Part shown: positions 7,036 to 13,250 of the stretch, piece after piece
Position numbering within the stretch: position 1 is the stretch's first letter
Layout: the number at the start of each line of letters is the position of its first letter
Assembly: GCF_002075285.3 (NCBI RefSeq)
Contig: NZ_CP021983.2
Location: 2,280,001 to 2,312,000 of the forward strand
Source of the DNA: Halomicronema hongdechloris C2206
GTDB taxonomy: Bacteria > Cyanobacteriota > Cyanobacteriia > Phormidesmidales > Phormidesmidaceae
Direction: 5' to 3'
Length of the DNA stretch: 32,000 bases
Made by a program: the position numbers and the translations under genes
Notes under the pieces: model-generated
What the model saw: only the letters and a program-made list of their open reading frames with translations
Told to the model about the DNA's origin: nothing
The model's database searches: none

Positions 7036-8472
7036 ATGCAAACCCTGATCATTACTGTCGGTACTCGCCAGGTGGGGTGGCGTTGCGCTGATGGCACTGT
7101 GTGTTGCTTTGGGGCCGATGGCGATCGCAACCAGCATCCTCGCCACACCGACCGGCTCTATGCCGAACTAGGCATCCAGCGGGGCTGCCAAGACGGCTAT
7201 CCCTGGAGTGTGCAAGACCTGGGCCAGCGTTACTATCACCGTTGTCGGCATGACCTCGATGGCACCTTTGACCCCGTGGAGCTACTGCTCGACCATGAGA
7301 TCATTGAGGCGCAATACTCCCAGGGGCTGACCGATGTGGTGCTCTGGGGTACTCGCCAGCCCGATACCACTGACGCTAGCTATCGCAGTCGCGATACCCA
7401 CTGGTTAGCGCAGCTGATGGCCGGTAAGATCCGGCAGACCTGGCCCGAATTAACCGTAGCAGTATTCGAGCCGGTGGTCGCCGCTACCGATAGCACCGCC
7501 ATTCGTCATGCCTTGGAAGACTTTTTAGTGCAGCACACCCAGGGCGTTGAAGAGGTGACGCTGTTGATTCAAACCAAAGGGGCACTACCTGCGATCGCAC
7601 ATAGCCTTGATATTTGTGCCGCCGCCTTAGTGCGGCAATATCCCGTCCTGCAAGTCGTGCCTATTGAACCGGTGCCCCTCTATTCCGGTGACTCCCAGAG
7701 TGCCAATCGCTCCCAGCACCACCAGGTCATTTCCATCGGCGAATACTTCTGGCCCATCGAGCGGCTGCGCATCGTTGCCGCCTGGCAGCAGGGCAACTTT
7801 TCAGAGGCCGCCCTATGGCTGATGGCCCATCAAGACCGCCATCGCCTGCTTTATCGTCTAGCCCAGCAGCTGAGCCTGGCCGCCAACTGGCAGATCGAGG
7901 CCCTATTTCAGCCCCAGGGTCTAGGCCAGTGGTTGCAGGCAGGCTCCTTACACCAGGTCGTACCAGCCACGCAAATCGAGATCTGGCGAACCCAGGTTGA
8001 GGCCATTCGCCACAGTCCTCCGGCCCAGACGTGGGAATGCAGCTTTTTGGTATATCTACTGCTGCGTCAGGGCAACTATACCGACGCCTTCATGCGCTTC
8101 GCCCAAACCCTGGAGCGATTGCTGTATCTGCGTAGCCAAGCCGACCAATGGTTTCATGCCGATGAGCTGCAGGGACGCCACCCCGGCTTCAAACAATTGA
8201 TCGATCGCTGGTTTCAGAGTCAAGGAACCCCATTGCCAGGTCCCCACTACGATCAGGTTGACCGCATTCGCAACACCCGCAACCAGGTGGTGCATCAGGC
8301 CAAGGCCATGACCCTAGACGATCTCTGCCGCCTCTGGCCCTCAACCGCCTCGACTACCGCTGAGGCGCTGCATGGAGCCATGGAGCACATGTTGCATCAG
8401 ATGTATGCATCATCGTCGGGGCCTTCTCTCTTACACGCCCTCTATGATTGGGGCCTGAGCCAGCTGATCTAG
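7036..8472 (+). CDS. CARF/HEPN ancillary protein, paralog B
   Basis: It aligns block by block with paralog A: LIITVGTRQ, VVLWGTRQ, TLLIQTKGALPAIAHSLDI, RQGNYTDAFMRFAQTLERLL. The Rx4H motif is R-N-Q-V-V-H (nt 8278..8295). Confidence 0.65.
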   Translation: MQTLIITVGTRQVGWRCADGTVCCFGADGDRNQHPRHTDRLYAELGIQRGCQDGYPWSVQDLGQRYYHRCRHDLDGTFDPVELLLDHEIIEAQYSQGLTDVVLWGTRQPDTTDASYRSRDTHWLAQLMAGKIRQTWPELTVAVFEPVVAATDSTAIRHALEDFLVQHTQGVEEVTLLIQTKGALPAIAHSLDICAAALVRQYPVLQVVPIEPVPLYSGDSQSANRSQHHQVISIGEYFWPIERLRIVAAWQQGNFSEAALWLMAHQDRHRLLYRLAQQLSLAANWQIEALFQPQGLGQWLQAGSLHQVVPATQIEIWRTQVEAIRHSPPAQTWECSFLVYLLLRQGNYTDAFMRFAQTLERLLYLRSQADQWFHADELQGRHPGFKQLIDRWFQSQGTPLPGPHYDQVDRIRNTRNQVVHQAKAMTLDDLCRLWPSTASTTAEALHGAMEHMLHQMYASSSGPSLLHALYDWGLSQLI

Positions 8473-8480
8473 ATAGCATT

Positions 8481-8530
8481 ACAGTCGGCGCAGGCCGACG
8501 TTGACTGTATAGCGGCGATTTTAATCGCCG
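8481..8530. terminator. Two hairpins between convergent genes, a possible bidirectional terminator
   Basis: GTCGGC-GCAG-GCCGAC (8484..8499) and CGGCGA-TTTTAA-TCGCCG (8513..8530). There is no clear U-tract. Confidence 0.3.
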
Positions 8531-8542
8531 GGTCCTTCGGAG

Positions 8543-8995
8543 CTATTCCTCATCTGCAAGCTGTATTGCTCTACGAACAATGGCTTCTGAAATTCTGAAG
8601 TTAGCTGTGGTTAGCGCGTCGAGAATCGGTTTAACCTCAGAGATGATGCCCTGCTGTTTTGCTCTTAACAGCATTCCTACGGTACCGATGACTTTGAGCT
8701 GCAATTGTTGGGCGATTCGGCGAGCGCTGAGATCATCGAGAATCACAAACACATCGCCCAGTTCCATCGCTAGAGCAATTGTTGCTGCTTCGCCTTCGTC
8801 AATCTGGGTTTGGAGAGATCGAACGATACCGCGATTTTGCGGTGCTTGAATGGTGAGCCAGGGAGCAGAAATGCCGACTTCTGACTGCACGGCAGGAGAA
8901 ATTGTAATCGGGGTAAATACTTGGGGCAGCATGTCTAACTGTTGGATGCGCTCTAATCCGATCAGGCAGGTGCTATTTGTGACAGCCGCATTCAT
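8543..8995 (-). CDS. DUF3368-family PIN-domain toxin candidate
   Basis: NSTCLIGLERIQQLDMLPQVF...DEGEAATIALAMEL...ILDDLSARRIAQQLQLKVIGTVGMLLRAKQQG is the typical DUF3368 pattern. Its start overlaps the upstream gene's stop (ATGA). Confidence 0.8.
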   Translation of the reverse strand: MNAAVTNSTCLIGLERIQQLDMLPQVFTPITISPAVQSEVGISAPWLTIQAPQNRGIVRSLQTQIDEGEAATIALAMELGDVFVILDDLSARRIAQQLQLKVIGTVGMLLRAKQQGIISEVKPILDALTTANFRISEAIVRRAIQLADEE

Positions 8996-9210
8996 AGAGC
9001 GATTTCTTGTTCCAGGTCATCGGCAGGATAGTTGACGACAGGGACATCCATTTTGCTGATGAGTTCGATGAAGCTACTTTTGGAGTAGCCCGCGAGTTTG
9101 GCTGCTTTGCCGAGGGAGAGCTTGCCAACTTCGTAAAGTTTGGCGGCGAGAAACAATTTAGCCTCATCGGTGGAGATGCTTGCAGGTAAATCAATGGTGA
9201 GTTGAGCCAT
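8992..9210 (-). CDS. UPF0175-family antitoxin
   Basis: DEAKLFLAAKLYEVGKLSLGKAAKLAGYSKSSFIELISKMDVPV is the characteristic UPF0175 pattern. It has a 4-nt overlap with the DUF3368 gene. Confidence 0.8.
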   Translation of the reverse strand: MAQLTIDLPASISTDEAKLFLAAKLYEVGKLSLGKAAKLAGYSKSSFIELISKMDVPVVNYPADDLEQEIAL

Positions 9211-9385
9211 GGCTTAAGGGCTGACAATGATACTGTGTAGGGAAATGGGAGCGAAGAGAGCAGTACTGATGACGACTACGGGCCATGCCTTTTGAAATTT
9301 CTGTGGGGTGAGCCTCTGGTTGCCCAGATTAAATGTTGTCAAGGAGATGACGATGAGTTTCGCAATACTCATCAATGAATCCTAG

Positions 9386-9454
9386 ATTCTATACTACCTG
9401 CACAATCAAGAAGCTGTCGGTGCCTATCTGGCTGACTGGATGGAATGGAGCTAG
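9386..9454 (+). pseudogene. Relic of the 3' part of a DUF433 gene
   Basis: ATTCTATACTACCTGCACAATCAAGAAGCTGTCGGTGCCTATCTGGCTGACTGGATGGAATGGAGCTAG parallels 6489..6557 of the intact gene (LYYLHNQEAV(S/G)AYLADWMEWS). It has no start codon and no N-terminal domain. Confidence 0.6.
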
Positions 9455-9589
9455 AACCCAGACTATCCAAAGGATCAGGGAACCTGCCCCCTACAGCATC
9501 CGAAATCTGGTAAGGGCGCGGTTTCCGCGCCCAATGCAGAATCTTTTGTCGGTCAACCAGGTAGGTAGCTGGCGGCTAGAAGTCACGCC

Positions 9590-9625
9590 AACAGAAAACC
9601 CCAGAGTGATCGAGAACTCTGGGGG
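9590..9625 (-). terminator. Candidate Rho-independent terminator of the 9696..10115 gene
   Basis: On the minus strand, CCCCAGAG-N10-CTCTGGGG is followed by TTTTCTGTT, about 70 nt after the stop. A related sequence at ~12886..12946 suggests it may be part of a dispersed repeat. Confidence 0.35.
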
Positions 9626-9695
9626 ATTACAGGGAAACTACCCACTATCTACTCACGAAAGCACAGCGAGGTCATACGGCCATCGCGTCAGCCCT

Positions 9696-10115
9696 TTAGA
9701 CAGAAACCGGTGTGGCGCTAGCGCCATTCTGAGACGGTTCAGTCGTAGGTACTACCACCGGGGCTGGGACGTTCGCCGTTACCCTGGCCCGGGGGTGACC
9801 CTTGCGGCGACTGCCCCCAGCCATTTCATATTCCTGGCTGGTTCTGCCATAGTGGCTGCCGACCCCCATCAGCATTTGTTCGCTCATGGCTCTAGCCGCC
9901 TTTTCAGCCATCCGAATATCATCGGCCATTTTGTCGATGTTAGAGAGGGCAGTATTGTAAGCCGCCAGTTTGGTAGCGAGATCGTCGAGGATGGCAGCGA
10001 AGTTGTGGACACTCAGCCCCCTACCCAGATCCAGATCCCTGGCGATAGAGCGAAGACTTTCCAGCCGGCGCTCTGCCTGTTCCAGCGCCGTTGAATTCCG
10101 TTTTTGCCGGGACAT
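9696..10115 (-). CDS. Hypothetical protein (139 aa, helical N-terminal part, Pro/Thr/Val-rich tail)
   Basis: The coding frame is clean and the opposite-strand ORF looks like an artefact. I recognised no family. Confidence 0.5.
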   Translation of the reverse strand: MSRQKRNSTALEQAERRLESLRSIARDLDLGRGLSVHNFAAILDDLATKLAAYNTALSNIDKMADDIRMAEKAARAMSEQMLMGVGSHYGRTSQEYEMAGGSRRKGHPRARVTANVPAPVVVPTTEPSQNGASATPVSV

Positions 10116-10395
10116 ACTATTAGCTTCCTTTTACGAGGTGAACGGATAGCAGCTCTGGCTGGAACGAGATACACGCTGACTCCGGTGGTGTTGATGCAGC
10201 TTGACTCTTGATGTAGGTCATCCCGTTAGAACCACTGCATTTACTGTAGGCAGTGGGATCTAAAAAACCCTGAGTAATTCTAGGGAACTTTCAAGCAAGC
10301 TTCAGCGCCGGTATGCGGGGTTTACTGAGGTAATGTTGTTGTCTTTGCAGTAATCCCGCAAGGAAATGCTGTCGTTCACCTAGGGAAACATTTAT

Positions 10396-10743
10396 CTGTC
10401 ATTCTTGCCTCTGCGGGAATCCAAGGCGTAAATCTCAGCTAGGCCCAAAGCGCTCTACAGCATTTTCTTGCTGGGTGAGGTATAGCCTGCCTACTGATAT
10501 CAGGAGTTTCATGGCCATCCGTACATCTCACTAGCTTCAAAAACGCTGTACCTGGATTCCGGGCAAGCGCAGCGCGACCCGGAATGACGGGATACCTTTT
10601 CGTGATGGGTCTGCTGCCTGAAAAAGACGTTCTCCTGTCATTCCCGCGGATGCGGGAATCCAGGTTCCGGGGAACTGTGCCTAAGGATGTCTGCTGATAG
10701 CATAGCCCTCTATCTGGATTCCGGGTGGCGCTGCGCTTTCGGG
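10396..10743. repeat. Cluster of four REP-like palindromic elements (GGAATCCAG / CTGGATTCC core)
   Basis: Copies lie at 10396..10426, 10551..10590, 10635..10664 and 10714..10743 in alternating orientation. Each has a stem such as TCCCGC...GCGGGA or TCCGGG...CCCGGA. A fifth copy is at 12949..12986. Confidence 0.7.
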
Positions 10744-10775
10744 TCTACAACCGCCCTGCGTTAACGTTGTTACTC

Positions 10776-11025
10776 ATGTCGCGATCAACGTATGTCGCAT
10801 CAGGCTCAGAGTAAGTCGCATCGCGATCAACGTAAGTTTCGTCGTGATGAAAGTATGTCGCGGCCCGACCAAAGTATGTCACGGCCCGATCAACGTAAGT
10901 CGCATCAGGCTCAGAGTAAGTCGCATCGCGACCAAAGTATGTCACGTCGCAGTCAAAGTAAGGTTTGTCGCGATCAACGTAAGTTGCATCGCGATCAAAG
11001 TAACTCACGTCGCGACAACGGTAAG
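10776..11025. repeat. Degenerate 21-nt tandem repeat, about 12 units
   Basis: The units resemble A(A/T)GTCGCATCGCGATCAA(C/A)GT. Several frames on both strands are open. Confidence 0.8.
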
Positions 11026-11344
11026 ATTGACTCGGCCATCGGTCAGGGAGTGGCAGGGGAAAGATAGCTGAATCCGGTAATTTTCTGCACCAGCCAGGCT
11101 CTGCGATTGAAATCTAGGAATTCGGCCATGTTAACTCAACAATACTGCCAGTCCTGTTGGAGTCTACCGATCGCTGAAACCCCTATTCTATCGTCGACCC
11201 CACCAGATTGCCTTCCAGGCAAGGGATACAGACGTTTTCCACAGGGTGCTTTTGAGAAAATTTGTCATCTGCAGAGGCGATCAGTAGACCCCCCAGAAAT
11301 GATGGTGTAGGATGTAGACGTGGTAGGTCTTCCAGAGGCCGACC

Positions 11345-11594
11345 CCTTCCCACTCAGTGGGAAACTAATTGAATGGAAACAGGATAAAGTATCCTCTAAT
11401 GTGAAACTCTCTCTTCTTCCCACTCAGTGGGAAACTAATTGAATGGAAACTCGCGGCGATCCGTGGAACCGAAGCGGAAGAACTGCCTTCCCACTCAGTG
11501 GGAAACTAATTGAATGGAAACGGTCGTACCCTGCCTCCTCGGCCGCTTTCTCGGTGGCCCTTCCCACTCAGTGGGAAACTAATTGAATGGAAAC
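11345..11594 (+). CRISPR. Mini CRISPR array 1: 4 repeats and 3 spacers
   Basis: The repeat is (C/T)CTTCCCACTCAGTGGGAAACTAATTGAATGGAAAC, at 11345, 11415, 11486 and 11559. Spacers are 34, 35 and 37 nt. A degenerate terminal repeat lies at ~11978..12010. Orientation is inferred from the ...GGAAAC 3' end. Confidence 0.9.
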
Positions 11595-11979
11595 GGCAAC
11601 CAAGGCAGAAGGATGAGGGATGAAGGATGAAAGGGACATGTCTGCCTGTCGTATAGGCCATAATTTCCAAGCCTTGCCACAGTCCTAAAGTCCTCGATTA
11701 TCCGCTGCCTTCCCTATGCCCTCCGGGCAGGCTATGCCAACAGTTCGACTTCGTTGCTCCTGCGGAGCCGCTTCGCGAACAGGACAAGCAGTTCGGCTTC
11801 GTTGCCCCTGCGGGGCCGCTACGCGAACACTACGAGCAGTTCGACTTCGTTGCCCCTGCGGGGCCGCTACGCGCTTGGCGGAGCCTGACTGAAAGTCATA
11901 CAGGACAAGCTGCCTTCTGCCTTCTGCCTTCTGCCTTCTGCCTTCTGCCTTCTGCCTTCTGCCTTCTGCCTTCTGCCTT
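11595..11979. repeat. Composite element in the last-spacer position of array 1
   Basis: 11595..11788 matches 16527..16720 with ~4 mismatches in 194 nt. It is followed by a 48-nt tandem unit x3 (starts 11741, 11789, 11837) and (CTGCCTT)x10 at 11910..11979. Confidence 0.85.
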
Positions 11980-12011
11980 TCTGTCAGGTGGGAAACCAAT
12001 GAATAGAGCAG

Positions 12012-12039
12012 CGTTCGCTGAGCGGAGTCGAAGCGAACG
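12012..12039. repeat. Hairpin with conserved loop TGAGCGGAGTCGAA (stem CGTTCGC/GCGAACG)
   Basis: Third copy of the loop, with a third stem sequence. It sits 3' of the GIY-YIG relic, as hairpin 5575..5604 sits 3' of the intact gene. Confidence 0.55.
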
Positions 12040-12122
12040 TCGTATCAGCGAAAGCTATACCGCTGGCTGAGCGGCTTGTCCTGAGTTGTGTCGAAGGGAG
12101 AAAGCCAGCGGCGAAGTATCAG

Positions 12123-12313
12123 TCAGCATGGGAATGCTTACAGTGGCTGCCATTCTGGCACTCAGCCAAAATGTGCAGTTGATTCATATCACTCGCAATC
12201 AGGGCCTGCTGCTGCTTGCGGCTCCATCCTTGAAATGCGGTGTCGATGCGATCGCAGTCTTCGTAATACACCAACCTTACCGGCAACCGTTTGGCGGTGT
12301 AGTTGGCTCCAAG
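12123..12313 (-). pseudogene. 5'-truncated GIY-YIG gene relic
   Basis: It translates to LGANYTAKRLPVRLVYYEDCDRIDTAFQGWSRKQQQALIASDMNQLHILAECQNGSHCKHSHAD*. This is homologous to residues ~34-102 of the 5612..5920 product, with an in-frame 18-nt deletion (REKQIQ). The GIY-YIG motif region is missing. Confidence 0.75.
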
Positions 12314-12479
12314 TATTCGTTGAGCTCAATAGCCTAGATCAGGATATTTTTTAGATGTAATACTCTAGGACTATGCAATCTAGCGGTTGCCATGACCACC
12401 TCCCTCTCCCATCCCAACCGTCAGTATCTGCTCGCTGGGACGTTGCCTGCTGGAGAGACCCCGAACTCAAGCCTGTGCC

Positions 12480-12859
12480 CCAGACCTAGTGCTCTATGTA
12501 GGAGAAAACACGCCGCGCTGGCAAGATGGCGATCCGCGCCGAATTGACTTACAAACCTGGCGGGTGCCTGATCTGGTGGGCGAGATTTCAGATACCACTC
12601 TGGCGTCTGATTTAGATGAGCAAAAGCATCTCTATGAAGCGCTCGGGATTCCCGAATATTGGGTGATTGATGTCAAAGGGGAGCGGGTGTTTGCCTTTCA
12701 AATTAAATCAGCAGGGGCAGTATGAGCAATGCCAGCCGTCCCGGGCACTGGCGGGGTATACCTATTCGCCTATTGACAGACACGATTCAGAAACTCAGCA
12801 CAGAGACCAATACGGCGGCGGCGGCTTGGTTTACCGAAGCTATCACCAAGCTGGGCTGA
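12480..12859 (+). pseudogene. Uma2-family (DUF820) endonuclease remnant, N-terminally truncated and frameshifted
   Basis: PDLVLYVGEN...PDLVGEISDTTLASDLDEQKHLYEALGIPEYWVIDVKGERVFAFQ is Uma2-like. The expected C-terminus (IPIRLLTDTIQKLS...AWFTEAITKLG*) continues in other frames. Confidence 0.55.
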
Positions 12860-12948
12860 GAAGGGCCAGTAGTTTCAAATTTAATGGCTGGCGGCTAGAA
12901 GCCGCGCCTATCCAGAGAAAACCTCGGTGGAGAACAGAGCACTCTGTT

Positions 12949-12986
12949 TGGATTCCGGGTGGCGCTGCGCTTGCCCGGAATGACGA
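12949..12986. repeat. REP-like palindromic element, fifth copy
   Basis: TGGATTCCGGGTGGCGCTGCGCTTGCCCGGAATGACGA belongs to the same family as 10551..10590. Confidence 0.7.
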
Positions 12987-13250
12987 TAGTTGTTGTCGTG
13001 GTGAGTTTGCTGCCCTAGGGAATGCATTATCGTCATACCTGCCCCAGAACAGTGTCATGAGCGCCTTACCAATGGCTACAACCCTTGCAATACAAGCGTT
13101 CCATTGGTGATCTCTTCAAACGATCTCATCCAACCTTCATTAGCAACCCCCGTGGCCAGCGCCATAGTAGAGATACATCATGCCCCTGTGTTCTCTGCAT
13201 AGCCCTCGGCAGTTCGATGCATTGCCTTCTGGCCAGGCCAGGGAAGCTCC

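Noticed and set aside
9375-10094. A 239-aa plus-strand ORF.
   Set aside because: It is antisense to the cleaner 9696..10115 gene. It starts inside the DUF433 relic, crosses hairpin and repeat DNA, and has an Arg/Pro/Ser-rich composition typical of wrong-frame translation.
10776-11025. The idea that the tandem repeat is a DGR template/variable region or a retron ncRNA.
   Set aside because: There is no reverse transcriptase gene in the window, no template/variable pair with adenine-specific differences, and no retron-like inverted flanks.
10792-11071. Two plus-strand ORFs (91 and 75 aa) over the 21-nt tandem repeat.
   Set aside because: Several frames are open only because the repeat unit lacks stop codons. 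I kept the minus-frame heptad idea as a low-confidence finding, not as a gene call.
11107-11310. A 67-aa ORF in the presumed leader of array 1, plus a weak promoter guess (GTAGAC-18 nt-TAGGAT).
   Set aside because: The ORF has no family resemblance or ribosome-binding context. The -35 match is poor, so neither is reported as a feature.
11685-11999. A 104-aa minus-strand ORF with QKAEGRR repeats.
   Set aside because: It is a translation of the (CTGCCTT)n heptamer and the 48-nt tandem repeat in the array 1 trailer.
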